64,000 bases of DNA from an uncultured delta proteobacterium (GCA_963826785.1 CAWGYD010000006.1:64001-128000); one strand, 5' to 3'. Counted from the stretch's first letter, positions 39,604 to 49,956 are shown. Notes: generated by a model from the sequence alone, not told the origin. Made by a program: numbers and translations.

Positions 39604-40749
39604 TTAAAACGCCTCCTTCAACATCGAAATGACCTGTTCCGGAGAAATGATGGTCCCGCCGGTGTGCCCCACCAGGTAAGCCGGGGCCTTCCCGCCGGCG
39701 CACCGCTGGACCTCCAGGTGGATCTGGCCCAGGTTGATTTCCACCGTGACAAACCCCTTCACCTTTTCGGCCAGCTCCCGGATCTTTTGCTCCGGAAACG
39801 GCCAGACCGTGATCAGCCGCAGCAGGCCTGCCTTGATCCCCATTTTCCGGGCCTCATCCACCGCCGCCAGACTGGTGCGGGAGGATACCCCATAGGAGAC
39901 CACGACGATTTCGGCATCATCCAGCAGATAGCCTTCCGTTATGATGATGTCATCGAGATTTTTCAGAATCTTCCCGGTGATCCGCTCCATCATTTCGGCC
40001 TGGGCATCCACGGTCATGGCGGGATATCCCTTCTCGTCATGGGTCAGTCCGGTGATATGGATGTGATAACCCTGCCCGGCCACCGCCATGGGGGCCACTC
40101 CATTGGGTCCGGGGGTATACGGCTTGTAGCGATCCTTGCGGCCCTTGGGGCCGGGCCGGGAAACCAGGCGGATCGCACTGGCTTCCGGGATCACCACCTT
40201 CTCGCTCATGTGCCCCACGATCTCATCGGCCATGATCAACACCGGCAGCCGGTAGGTTTCGCTCAGGTTGAATGCGGTAATCGTCTGGTAAAAGGCTTCC
40301 TGTGGAGAAGCCGGGGCCAGGGCGATGATCTCGTAATGCCCGTGTGATCCCCACCGGGCCTGCATCATGTCCGCCTGGGCGCCCATGGTGGGCAGCCCGG
40401 TGGATGGCCCGCCCCGCTGGACATTGGCCACCACGCAGGGGGTTTCGGTGACGATCCCCAGCCCGATATTCTCCATCATCAGGGAAAAACCCGGGCCGGA
40501 GGTGGCGGTCATGCTCTTCACCCCTCCCCAGGAGGCGCCCAGGATGGAGGCCATGGCGGCGATTTCATCTTCCATCTGGATGAACGTTCCGCCGATGCGG
40601 GGCAGCCGGGCCGCCATGCGCTCGGCGATTTCCGTGGCCGGGGTGATGGGGTATCCCCCGAAAAACCGGCATCCGGCTGCAAGCGCCCCCTCGGCACAGG
40701 CCTCGTCGCCCGTCATGAAGTGTTCGCCCGTTAAAACCGCTGGTTTCAT
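39604..40749 (-). CDS. korA: 2-oxoacid:ferredoxin oxidoreductase alpha subunit
   Basis: GYPITPATE, QMEDE, TATSGPGFSLM, QRGGPSTGLPT. Start reassigned to ATG 40749. Confidence 0.92.
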   Translation of the reverse strand: MKPAVLTGEHFMTGDEACAEGALAAGCRFFGGYPITPATEIAERMAARLPRIGGTFIQMEDEIAAMASILGASWGGVKSMTATSGPGFSLMMENIGLGIVTETPCVVANVQRGGPSTGLPTMGAQADMMQARWGSHGHYEIIALAPASPQEAFYQTITAFNLSETYRLPVLIMADEIVGHMSEKVVIPEASAIRLVSRPGPKGRKDRYKPYTPGPNGVAPMAVAGQGYHIHITGLTHDEKGYPAMTVDAQAEMMERITGKILKNLDDIIITEGYLLDDAEIVVVSYGVSSRTSLAAVDEARKMGIKAGLLRLITVWPFPEQKIRELAEKVKGFVTVEINLGQIHLEVQRCAGGKAPAYLVGHTGGTIISPEQVISMLKEAF

Positions 40750-40842
40750 ATTTCCTCGTTGCAACTTCTCATGTGATTATCATCTCTCGTGCCGGATGTG
40801 CCCGCGTCAATTTCGCTTCCGTTCACGTTTTGTCAAACCGCT

Positions 40843-41124
40843 TCAGCCGGCTGTTTCCTGAACTGCCGGATCCGCTTCGACGGAGTACACCGCAAACTCC
40901 GGGCATATGTTTTCGCAGTAGTGGCAGTTCACGCAATCGTCTGATTTGACCATCTCCGGCGGATGATACCCTTTTTTATTAAACTTCTTTGAAAACGCCA
41001 GGACCTGCCGGGGGCAGTATTCAATGCAGTAACCGCACCCTTTGCAACGATCCTCCAGGATGTGTACGACTCCCCGGACGATCTCGATATCTTGCGCATC
41101 TAATGGAATTCGCCAAAACGCCAT
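40843..41124 (-). CDS. korD: 2x[4Fe-4S] ferredoxin-like delta subunit
   Basis: CKGCGYCIEYCP and CVNCHYCENICPEFA; first gene of the kor cluster. Confidence 0.9.
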   Translation of the reverse strand: MAFWRIPLDAQDIEIVRGVVHILEDRCKGCGYCIEYCPRQVLAFSKKFNKKGYHPPEMVKSDDCVNCHYCENICPEFAVYSVEADPAVQETAG

Positions 41125-41580
41125 ATCATTTTTCCGCCTGCAAATAGGATTTTGTGGTCAATGATTCCAGCCCTTCGCGGACCGGAAGATGGGGACTGGA
41201 TTTGCCTCAATCCCGCACTCCCCCGGGGGTTCGAAGCGCAATTCCCGCGAAAATGCAAAATGGGGGCTGTCCACGAATTTTAAGTTCTTTTTCCGCAACA
41301 TCTCCCAGCGGGCAGAACGCTTTTCACATGCCATCGGGATTGCTGAAAAAAGATTAATATTATCCTCAACGTCAAGATGTAATCAAGTGATATTTTGGCA
41401 CCAGGTGATAAATTCTGGCTTACCCCCTTAAATTTTGCCGGGGTTTCGATGTGCATTTCGCCGGCCGGGAGAAACTTTCACTGTTCTGCCGCCCGATACG
41501 CACTTTTTTTCGTCTGTGAAATCAGCATTATGAGATAAGGCTCAAAAAAAATTGGATACCATATGATTTTCAGGCTGGTT

Positions 41581-41970
41581 TTACGAGCGGTTCAACATGA
41601 AAAACATAAAATTGAGATAAGTGGCGAAAAGCACCCAGGCCAGGTAGGGGCACAGAAGAAAAGCGGCTATGCGGCTGCTGTGGTAAAAAAGAGCCAGCAA
41701 TCCAAAAAGCGTGATATCCAATACAAGGATATCCGCCAATGCGGCCAGGGGGTTCTGGAGGCTGAAAAAAAGCCAGGTCCAGATAAAATTGGAAATCAGG
41801 TGAATGCTCAGGATGGCCAGGGCAGCCATGGGGAAGATTTTTTCCGGGGAGCGCAGGTACAGAATAATGGAGATGGTGATCATGGCATACAATACCAGCC
41901 ATACCGGGGTGAAGACCCAGTCCGGAGGTGTCAGCGGCGGTTTTTGCAGGCTCTGATACCAGGGATTCAA
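41581..41970 (-). CDS. tspO: TspO/MBR tryptophan-rich sensory protein
   Basis: WYQSLQKPPLTPPDWVF.PVW, NFIWTWLFF, PYLAWVLFATYLN. Confidence 0.92.
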   Translation of the reverse strand: MNPWYQSLQKPPLTPPDWVFTPVWLVLYAMITISIILYLRSPEKIFPMAALAILSIHLISNFIWTWLFFSLQNPLAALADILVLDITLFGLLALFYHSSRIAAFLLCPYLAWVLFATYLNFMFFMLNRS

Positions 41971-42076
41971 TAGACGATCTCCTCAGGAAAAAATCCGGAA
42001 ACGCACATCATGAACCATAAAGCTTTATTTCAGATGCCGCAAATCGGATGCGGCCGTAAAATAAATGGCCCGGGGT

Positions 42077-42613
42077 TTATACCCCGTCATCGTTTTCAAA
42101 TGCCCCGAAACACCGGTACCACCAGAACAGGGTCCCGAAAAACAGCACGTACAGCTCGTGCCCCCGATCTTCAAATTCCGTGATGATACCCGCGTTGAAA
42201 TGCATCCGGAACAAATTGATGGCGTTTTTATAATAAATGGTGCCGATGGGTGAACCCTCCAGCAGAATGCTGGAGGTGAAATGGCTTTTCGAACCCGGAC
42301 CGCTTTTTCCAAGATACGATAACGTGCGATCTCCGATGCTCAGAAACTCGGGGAAGTACAGCCACTTGTCCTTGAGTTCATTTTCGATTACGCCTGCCGG
42401 CGATCCTTTGTATGTCAGTTCCCTCGATGTTGTAAACCGCAGCACCTCGGTTGAGCCTCCGGTGATGGAAAAAACCGGATTCCGGGTGCTCCCCCTGACG
42501 ACAAAGGGTTTCAAGGCGCCATCATTGATATCCCTGAGTGATGCGGAAAAGGTGTTGAACCATCTTCTCGGACGGCAAAGATAATACTGTGTTTTCATGG
42601 GCGTGGCTTTCAT
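42077..42613 (-). CDS. Hypothetical protein (beta-rich with a C-terminal hydrophobic helix)
   Basis: 178-aa ORF filling the gap upstream of tspO; no recognised motif. Confidence 0.55.
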   Translation of the reverse strand: MKATPMKTQYYLCRPRRWFNTFSASLRDINDGALKPFVVRGSTRNPVFSITGGSTEVLRFTTSRELTYKGSPAGVIENELKDKWLYFPEFLSIGDRTLSYLGKSGPGSKSHFTSSILLEGSPIGTIYYKNAINLFRMHFNAGIITEFEDRGHELYVLFFGTLFWWYRCFGAFENDDGV

Positions 42614-42969
42614 ACGGCAGATCCGGAAAATGACTGACTTTACACAAAATCAATCTGCCGGATCAAGCAGTATTTTACCCGATTTTCAACTGCCGCAAAA
42701 TACAGGCAGCCAAGACCGCCCACCCGCATGGCATCCAAAAGAAAAGGTTCTCTTTTTTCCCGCGAAGGCGGGTAGGAAAAACCGTTCACCCTGTTTTTGC
42801 GATCCCTCAAAAAGCCGGGACCAATTGATGAACGGATCCCCAAAACCAGGGGCGCGGATCAGATCAACGGCGCCATGAAAAAATAGGGGTGGCTTTATGT
42901 TCCCCCCCATATTATGTATTACGGTAAAAAACATACGCAACACAGGAAAACAAACACTATATTTTACAA

Positions 42970-43476
42970 ATGAGCCCATCATCGGCCATGCGGACCGAAT
43001 CCGCATTCATTCGTACCAATATGCCCCTGCTCCTGGCACGTTTTTCCCTGTCCTATTATAAAGAGGCATCCTGCGTCGAATATTTCATCAACAGGCGCGA
43101 TATTCCGGATACGGTGTCTTCTTCGCTGGTCTTTTCCTGCAACTCCGCGGCAAGGGATCTGCATGTATCGAGATTTCACCCCGGACTTTACCTGCAGCCC
43201 GATTCAAAATACCTATCCGCCGCGTGCTTCTACCTTCTCATCCATCACTGCGCAAACGCTTACGAAATGGATGATGCCTTCCACATCAGCCTTGAAACCA
43301 TCCCCGTGATCAGCGACAGCTTTTACATGCAACTCAAGGATTTCAATTTCCATATCCGCAGATACGGCCTGGGCAATGTGGTTGAACTGATCAGCGATAT
43401 CATCCGGCTGCCCGTGGATACGAGCATGATCAAAGCACACATTTTCGGCGAAGGCGAAATCCCGTTTCTGAAATAG
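42970..43476 (+). CDS. Hypothetical protein, possibly a divergent GNAT fold
   Basis: 168 aa; KYLSAACFYLLI and ISLET...SFYMQLKDF resemble GNAT motifs A and B. Confidence 0.55.
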   Translation: MSPSSAMRTESAFIRTNMPLLLARFSLSYYKEASCVEYFINRRDIPDTVSSSLVFSCNSAARDLHVSRFHPGLYLQPDSKYLSAACFYLLIHHCANAYEMDDAFHISLETIPVISDSFYMQLKDFNFHIRRYGLGNVVELISDIIRLPVDTSMIKAHIFGEGEIPFLK

Positions 43477-43519
43477 CGTTCGAGTTTGCCTGCACCTGAA
43501 GAAACAGGCAGGGATCGGC

Positions 43520-44431
43520 TTACTCGGATTGGGTCAAATCGAGCCCCCGGCGAATCTCCCGGGCAAGCGCATAGGCATCACCGCTTTTGATCATGTGATC
43601 GAAATAGAGCTGGGGCTGCTCGCCGGTTTCCTGGTTGTACAGGCATCCCTGGTACCATTGCAGTTCATTGTACATGAGCTTGACCACCGGGTCGACCTCT
43701 TCCGCCCGCATGGCGAAATCGGACATGACTTCCGCATTATCGCCACCGGTCGGTTTGAATTCGATATTGGTGGAAATATTCGCCTGGGGATTCACGAGGG
43801 TATTTCCGATGGTGATCGGGTCTGATCGGTACACCCAAACGGTGATCACACCATTTTCGCCGGTTTCGGCGTGCCCCCGCAGGATGTTGGCCAGCCGCTT
43901 CGGATCCAGCGGGGAGGACGTATTTTGCGGCGACTGCTGGGGAAAGGGCGTGGCGGTGACCCCCAGTGCGGCCTTGACCGACCGGGCAAGCTTCAGCGGA
44001 TCATCCGTTCCCCGGAAATGGACAAACCAGATCTGCGGGTCCGTCGGTGCATGCTGATGAAAGGCCTGAAAAACCAGTCCGTTCTCCAATAGAGCCCCAA
44101 TAAACGGGTTCACCTCATCCTCCAGAAGCGCCACATCTGCATTGAGGAAGGCCTTTTTGTTTTCAAGGGGCTGAAAGAAAAGGTCCCCCTCGATTTCAAA
44201 ATCCGACGAAAACGTAACCCCCTCCGGCCCCTTGACCTGACCGATGTCTTTGCGCCCGAAGCTAATTTGAAGCACCTCGTTTACAACTTTTCCCTTGGCC
44301 CCGATAATGTCTTCGATACCTTTGACCGGCAGATTCGCAGGCTCATTTGAAAATGCCTGCCCTGCGGCAAAGACCCAGAAAACCAGGCTTGCAATAACCA
44401 GGGCCAGACTTTTTTGATGATTGATTCCCAT
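43520..44431 (-). CDS. Secreted DUF1259 (LppY/LpqO-like) protein with tandem domains
   Basis: Signal peptide after ATG 44431 (GGAG RBS); two repeats: EDEVNP..AFHQH..PQIWFVHF and EEVDP..LYNQETGEQPQLYFDH. Confidence 0.75.
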   Translation of the reverse strand: MGINHQKSLALVIASLVFWVFAAGQAFSNEPANLPVKGIEDIIGAKGKVVNEVLQISFGRKDIGQVKGPEGVTFSSDFEIEGDLFFQPLENKKAFLNADVALLEDEVNPFIGALLENGLVFQAFHQHAPTDPQIWFVHFRGTDDPLKLARSVKAALGVTATPFPQQSPQNTSSPLDPKRLANILRGHAETGENGVITVWVYRSDPITIGNTLVNPQANISTNIEFKPTGGDNAEVMSDFAMRAEEVDPVVKLMYNELQWYQGCLYNQETGEQPQLYFDHMIKSGDAYALAREIRRGLDLTQSE

Positions 44432-44534
44432 TTTGACTGTCTCCTTTATAACGGCTCGATAAACGTTGTGCCCATAAAATCCGGCGGCCCGCAGGCATTC
44501 ATTTTCCTGCAGGGAGAACCGGATTTCCCGTTTC

Positions 44535-45134
44535 TTAATCATAACCAATCCGCTCCCGCCCGAAATCAGGTTTACTCCCTAAAATCAGAACATGGATGCG
44601 GTATTTTGTGAGCCTGCGCAAGTAAGGAGATTTGCCGAAAAACCGGATGGGTGCGGGATCATCCGGAAAAAAAGGAAGGATGTGAATAAAAATCTCGTCG
44701 TCGAACCACGACGCATGGCGAAACTCAAATGACGCGCGGCACTGCGGCGGCAGCAGGGAAAGGAATTCCTTTAACCGCGGCACGCCTTTCTTCAGGTTCG
44801 GCGGCAGCTGAAACAACAGTGCGCCCAGGCGCTCCTTCAGCACGTCTGCCGTGGCCAACAGGGTGGCCAGCGATTGATCCGCATCCTTTAGCCGCTGAAT
44901 GTGCGTAATCTGCCGCGGCGCCTTGAGCACGAATCGAAAATCCGCCGGTACGGCATCCGCCCAGGCTTCAAGGACGGTTACCGTCGGCATGCGGTAAAAA
45001 GTGCTGTTGATCTCCACCGCCCGAAAATGTCTCCCGTAATAACCCAGCATCCCCTTTGCCGGCAGGCCTTCAGGGTAGAAGGACCCCTTCCATTTTTTGT
45101 ATGCGTATCCACTGGTGCCCGCGTAGAAATGCAT
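44535..45134 (-). pseudogene. DUF72 (YecE-like) gene, 3'-truncated
   Basis: GTSGYAY..WKGSFYP, VEINSTFYRMP, KAPRQITH, LFQLPP, EFRHASWF; similarity stops abruptly at ~44690. Confidence 0.75.
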
Positions 45135-45137
45135 GAT

Positions 45138-47006
45138 TCAATTGGATTGAGTAGAGGGGGCGGCCTGCCCCGCGTCCAGCAGCTGCTCCCGGCCGGTTTT
45201 GACAAATTCCTGCCGGATCTGTTCGTAGGCGGCCGGAGTCAGCAGATGATAGGTATCGTCTCCCCGGCGGCGAAAGTAGATGGTCATGTCCGGAAAGGAT
45301 TCAATATTGAAGTGTTGACGCTTGAAGGGGCGCACCAGGAGTTTCTGGGTATTGGTGAGAGAAAAATCGTCGATGATCCGGATGTAGTCGGGCATCCATT
45401 TGGGGTCCATGCCGCCCGCCTTCTGCTGGCGGTCAAACCAGGAAAACGCCGCCGCCGGGTCGAAGGGGGCGCCGTCGTTCAACTGCAGCGCCACCATCAC
45501 TTTTTCGTCGGACACTTCAGACGGCGCCCCGAAGGCGATGGCCAGTTTCACGCCGGGCAGCCGGGAAGCATACTCGGCCACGTTTTCGGCGGAAAAGTTT
45601 TCCCCGTCCTTTCTCACCCAGTCGTCGGTGCGGCCGTTGAAATACAGGTAGCGCCTGGAGTTTACGATCCGCACATGGCCGAGGTCTCCGGAGTGGTAGT
45701 AGCCGTCCCTGAATTTTTTTTCCGTGGCGCGAAAATTTTGGAAATAGCCTTCAAACCGCAGGTTGTTCCGGCCGGTCTTTTTGGCGATCTCACCCACCGC
45801 CTGGGCGTAGTTGACCAGAAAGCCGCTGTCATTGACCAATCCCGGCGGACAGATCCCCCCCGTTTCATTTAAGATCACCACATCCTTTTGGATTTCCCCC
45901 ACCGAGTCAATGGGATCGCCGGGCTTGTTTACGGTCGTAATCACCGCTTCGGTGGAGCCGTATATTTCATAGATGTGCTCCATCCCCAGATAGCCGATCA
46001 ATTTTTGCCGGTCCACGGCCGGGGCGCCATTTCCATAGGCCGCCCAAAACCGGTTGTTCGGATGCCGGGCCAGGGCGTTCTCCACCGCTTTTCCGCCGCC
46101 GTATTTTTTCTCCAGGGCGGCGATGATGTAATGCAGCGGCTGACCCACGTAATTCATGAAGGTGACGCCGTATTTCAGCATATCCTCTTCAAAGGCGCTG
46201 GCGCTGAAGCTGCGCTTCAGGACAAAGCCGGATCCGGAAACCAAGGCGGTCAGCACCCCGATGAACCAGGCATTGGAATGAAACAGGGGATTGGCGATAT
46301 AGCCCACATCGTCTTTTTTCAGGCGGACGGCGCTCTGCACCACGAACCCGGCCCCGAACATCTTGAGATGCGCGCAGGGCACCCCCTTGGGCATCCCGGT
46401 GGTGCCGGAGGTATAGATGACCAGCACCGGAGCGGTATTGTCCATGGGCGGCTTGTATTGGGCTAAACTTCTGCCCTCCGACCGGAAAAGGGCATCTTCG
46501 AGAAAGGTGAAACCGCCGGACCGGGCATCCTCGCCACCGCCGGCCACCAGGATGTTTTCAGCTGAAAGGCCGTTGAAATCATCCAGGCCGGCCTTGATTT
46601 CGTCGGCCCAGGCAGGCGTGGTCAGCAGCATTGAAATACCGGACTGGTTGATTACATTGGCCAGGGTGGTCCCCCTGAATCCCGTGTTGATGCAAAACAG
46701 CACGCTGTTGCTCAGCGCCGCCCCGAACGCCGCAAAGAGAAATTCAGGGGTGTTCTCCTGGTAGATGCCCACGGCCAGCTTTTCGGTTTTGCCCAGCCGC
46801 CCCTGCGCCAGGCGTTTTTTTCGCTCGCAGAGAAACAGGTCTGCAAACCGGCGGGCCTGCTTATAGGTGCCGCCATAAGTGTAGCGGGTGTCTTCAAAGA
46901 TGAAAAAGAGACGGTTTCGCCGAAGGGGGCTGCCGGCGGTCAGCCGGACCAGGGTCCCGAAATTGACAAACGGCAATGCATTACGAATGACGGTTTTGAC
47001 GTTCAT
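45138..47006 (-). CDS. Acyl-CoA synthetase (AMP-binding; FATP/FadD17-like)
   Basis: YTSGTTGMPKG, PLFHSNA, YGSTE, YHSGDLG, GRTDDWVRKDGENFS. Confidence 0.9.
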   Translation of the reverse strand: MNVKTVIRNALPFVNFGTLVRLTAGSPLRRNRLFFIFEDTRYTYGGTYKQARRFADLFLCERKKRLAQGRLGKTEKLAVGIYQENTPEFLFAAFGAALSNSVLFCINTGFRGTTLANVINQSGISMLLTTPAWADEIKAGLDDFNGLSAENILVAGGGEDARSGGFTFLEDALFRSEGRSLAQYKPPMDNTAPVLVIYTSGTTGMPKGVPCAHLKMFGAGFVVQSAVRLKKDDVGYIANPLFHSNAWFIGVLTALVSGSGFVLKRSFSASAFEEDMLKYGVTFMNYVGQPLHYIIAALEKKYGGGKAVENALARHPNNRFWAAYGNGAPAVDRQKLIGYLGMEHIYEIYGSTEAVITTVNKPGDPIDSVGEIQKDVVILNETGGICPPGLVNDSGFLVNYAQAVGEIAKKTGRNNLRFEGYFQNFRATEKKFRDGYYHSGDLGHVRIVNSRRYLYFNGRTDDWVRKDGENFSAENVAEYASRLPGVKLAIAFGAPSEVSDEKVMVALQLNDGAPFDPAAAFSWFDRQQKAGGMDPKWMPDYIRIIDDFSLTNTQKLLVRPFKRQHFNIESFPDMTIYFRRRGDDTYHLLTPAAYEQIRQEFVKTGREQLLDAGQAAPSTQSN

Positions 47007-47198
47007 TGGCGCAATCCTGTTTGGCCGGCACTTCCGATGGGATCCTTATTTTCTGGTATTATGAATAATATGCGCAAATGACTGCGATGACAACCTGATA
47101 ACCCATCCATGTGATTCCGGTCTCCTCCCGACAGAAACCTGTTGATCGCATCCTTGATTTGCCATATGAGTGTCACCACAATAAAAAAGAGGAATGAT

Positions 47199-48389
47199 AT
47201 GGTTATTTTACGCAAAAAAGCGGATAAGCCGCCGGAGCCGGAAAAGCCGGAGTACCTGTACCAGAAAAAACCCCGGTATTTCGCCCAGGTGGCCGATACG
47301 TTGAAGGACCTGGCGGTGACGGAACTTACGGAACTGGGGGCGAAGGAACCGGCACCGTCTTTCCGGGGCATCTATTTTACGGCGGACAAGGCCGCCCTGT
47401 ACCGGGTCAACTACTGCTCCCGCCTGATCTCCCGGGTTCTGGCGCCGGTGATCTCGTTTAACTGCCCGGACACGGACACCATCTACAACCGGGTCAAGCG
47501 GATTCAATGGGAACATTTTTTCTCGGAAGACAACACCTTTGCGGTCTTTGCCAATGTATCCGACAGCCGGGTGGATCACTCCAAGTTCGCATCGCTTCGC
47601 GTCAAGGACGCCATCGTGGATTACTTTCTGGGACATGCCGGCCAGCGGCCCAACGTGGCGCCCATGAACCCGGATGTGGAGATCAACCTGCATATCCTGA
47701 AGAACCGGGCGGATTTGAGTATCGACACGTCCAACGGGTCACTTCACCGGCGGGGATACCGGGAGGCGAGCGTGTCCGCCCCCATGCAGGAAACCGTGGC
47801 GGCGGCCGTGATCCGCATGTCCGGGTGGAACGGATCGATGCCGCTGTATGATCCCATGTGCGGGTCGGGCACCATGCTCTGCGAAGCGCTGATGCACTAC
47901 TGCCGGATTCCGGCCGGAATTTTCAGAAAAAATTTCGGATTCGAGCACCTGCCCGACTTTGACCCGGCGATCTGGCAGCGGGTCAAGGAAAATGCCGACC
48001 GCCGGATTCGCGGCATCGCCGAGGGGTTGATCTCAGGAAGCGACAGGGCCAAAGAAGCCGTCAATGCGACGAAAACCAACCTGCTGGGGCTCCATCACGG
48101 AAACCAGGTGCGCATTTCCCAGGCCGATTTCATGGATCTGCCCCCCCAGGAGAATAAAATCATCGTCACCAACCCGCCCTACGGCATCCGCATGGGCGCC
48201 GACGAAGACATGGGGGCGCTGTATAAAAACCTGGGCGACTTTTTGAAGCAGAAGTGCAAGGGGTCGACAGCCTATATCTATTTCGGAGACCGCCGGTATC
48301 TCAAGTACATCGGGCTGAAACCCGAATGGAAAAAACCGCTCAATTCGGGCGGGCTGGAAGGCCGCCTGGTGAAATACCGGATGTATTGA
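47199..48389 (+). CDS. THUMP-domain RNA methyltransferase (RlmL N-terminal/YpsC-like)
   Basis: KDAIVDYF, SLHRRGYR, APMQETVAAA, DPMCGSGT, NPPYG. Confidence 0.9.
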   Translation: MVILRKKADKPPEPEKPEYLYQKKPRYFAQVADTLKDLAVTELTELGAKEPAPSFRGIYFTADKAALYRVNYCSRLISRVLAPVISFNCPDTDTIYNRVKRIQWEHFFSEDNTFAVFANVSDSRVDHSKFASLRVKDAIVDYFLGHAGQRPNVAPMNPDVEINLHILKNRADLSIDTSNGSLHRRGYREASVSAPMQETVAAAVIRMSGWNGSMPLYDPMCGSGTMLCEALMHYCRIPAGIFRKNFGFEHLPDFDPAIWQRVKENADRRIRGIAEGLISGSDRAKEAVNATKTNLLGLHHGNQVRISQADFMDLPPQENKIIVTNPPYGIRMGADEDMGALYKNLGDFLKQKCKGSTAYIYFGDRRYLKYIGLKPEWKKPLNSGGLEGRLVKYRMY

Positions 48390-48390
48390 T

Positions 48391-49956
48391 TCACGCCGGA
48401 TGGGTTGGACTGACCCGCACCGGCTTGATGTTGGGCAGAGCCGCAATTTTATCCATTACCGCAAGGCCTTCCACTTCGCAATTATCGATCATCTCCCCGC
48501 TCACTTCGAAAGGCTCGCCCACCGAAATCCCGAGGGTGGCCGGGTGCAGCTGCCAGCCCCGGGTCAGGTCCGACCCGCCCACCAGGTTGACGGGAACGAT
48601 GTAATCCCCGGGCCGCATATAGGCCTGCATGTATTTTGGATTCACATATTTCATCACCACCGCGCCATCCGTCTTATCGATATACGATCTGGACCCTTCC
48701 GGAAAAAGCAGGAAGCATTCATGCATGACCTTTCTGAACAGGTCGAAATCATCCCGCTTCAGTTCACTCAAGGCGGATGCGTACGCATCATCTTTGCGAT
48801 ACTCCGAAAGCGCGCTCACCTTCTTTGGGTCCATGCCTGCGGTATGGCGTAAAAACGCTTCTTCGTCCTTCATGGCCGCGCGGAAGGTTTCATAATCGAG
48901 CATGGCTGCAAGATCCAGCCCGGCATCCGGCATTTTGATCAGGCACTGGGATTTGCGCGCGGTTTTGCGCAGTTCATCGGCCAGCCCCTGGGTTTTGATG
49001 GCGGTGGTTTTCTGGGAAGGGACGGCGATGAACAAATTGCCCACATTGGCCGCCCCGTTTCGGATCACCACGTTGGAAAACATCCGGGGCCCCACCACCG
49101 TGTTGCAGTTCTTCGTCAGGTCGTCAAACCCCAGCTTGCGGATGACGCTGCGGACAAAGTACGGCCCCAGATACCCTTCATGGTGGCCGATGAAAAATAT
49201 ACGGCGGCCCGATGCCTTGATACTGGAGACCTGCCGCAGGGTCCGGACCACGTCCGTTGCGGCGATCTGTTTCGGGGAGCCATGCTTCCAGGAGATCTTA
49301 TCGCCGTTTGCAGAGACGATGACGATGTCGATGACTTTCTTGCGCTCCGCATATTCGAAGAACCGGTGCCAGAATGCCGAGTCGGGCAGCACCGGATAGA
49401 TGCACCGGTCAAAGGCGAAGGGGACCGCCAGCAGCTGTTCCAGCCGGGACTTTGAAAATTCCTGGAAAAACTTGTGCTGCATCAGCTGGTGCCGGGTTTC
49501 CAGAAACTTTTTGCGGGCGGTGGGAAAATGCCGGTTCACGTCAAAGCCGTGGGTGGCGGCAAACTCCATGATCTCCTCCACCACTTTCAATGCCTTTTCA
49601 TTGTGCGGGGGCATTCTCAGGGAGTAGAGCTTGACCCGCACGAATTCGGTGAGTTCCCCGAAATTGAGCTGGTTTTTCCAGCCCCTCATTTTTGCGATCC
49701 CGTCGGAAAGTCCGGGAACCCGCATGAGCCGGCGCTGGGTTTTCATGGACAGCCGGTCGGCCGCCGCCGCCAGGCGGGAAAAAAAGGAAAACATCCGGTT
49801 GGAGGTCCTGTACAGCATCCGGTTTCCATCCAGATGCGACAGAAATTCCTCGAACTTGTCTTTGTTCTCTTCGAAAAACCGGGCCACTTCATCCGGGTTA
49901 TATTTCTCCCGGGCCTCTTCCCACCATTTAAACAATGCCGGATTTATCAGTTTCAA
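48391..49956 (-). CDS. Hypothetical protein with a PlsC-like glycerolipid acyltransferase domain
   Basis: FLLFPEGSRS (block III), IVPVNLVG (block IV), degenerate block I FFIGHHEGYLG. Confidence 0.6.
   Translation of the reverse strand: MKLINPALFKWWEEAREKYNPDEVARFFEENKDKFEEFLSHLDGNRMLYRTSNRMFSFFSRLAAAADRLSMKTQRRLMRVPGLSDGIAKMRGWKNQLNFGELTEFVRVKLYSLRMPPHNEKALKVVEEIMEFAATHGFDVNRHFPTARKKFLETRHQLMQHKFFQEFSKSRLEQLLAVPFAFDRCIYPVLPDSAFWHRFFEYAERKKVIDIVIVSANGDKISWKHGSPKQIAATDVVRTLRQVSSIKASGRRIFFIGHHEGYLGPYFVRSVIRKLGFDDLTKNCNTVVGPRMFSNVVIRNGAANVGNLFIAVPSQKTTAIKTQGLADELRKTARKSQCLIKMPDAGLDLAAMLDYETFRAAMKDEEAFLRHTAGMDPKKVSALSEYRKDDAYASALSELKRDDFDLFRKVMHECFLLFPEGSRSYIDKTDGAVVMKYVNPKYMQAYMRPGDYIVPVNLVGGSDLTRGWQLHPATLGISVGEPFEVSGEMIDNCEVEGLAVMDKIAALPNIKPVRVSPTHPA

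Noticed and set aside
41184..41250. tRNA-Sec-like look (GGAAGAT...GGTTCGAA)
   Set aside because: No T-stem pairing, no acceptor-stem complement and no UCA anticodon arm could be built.
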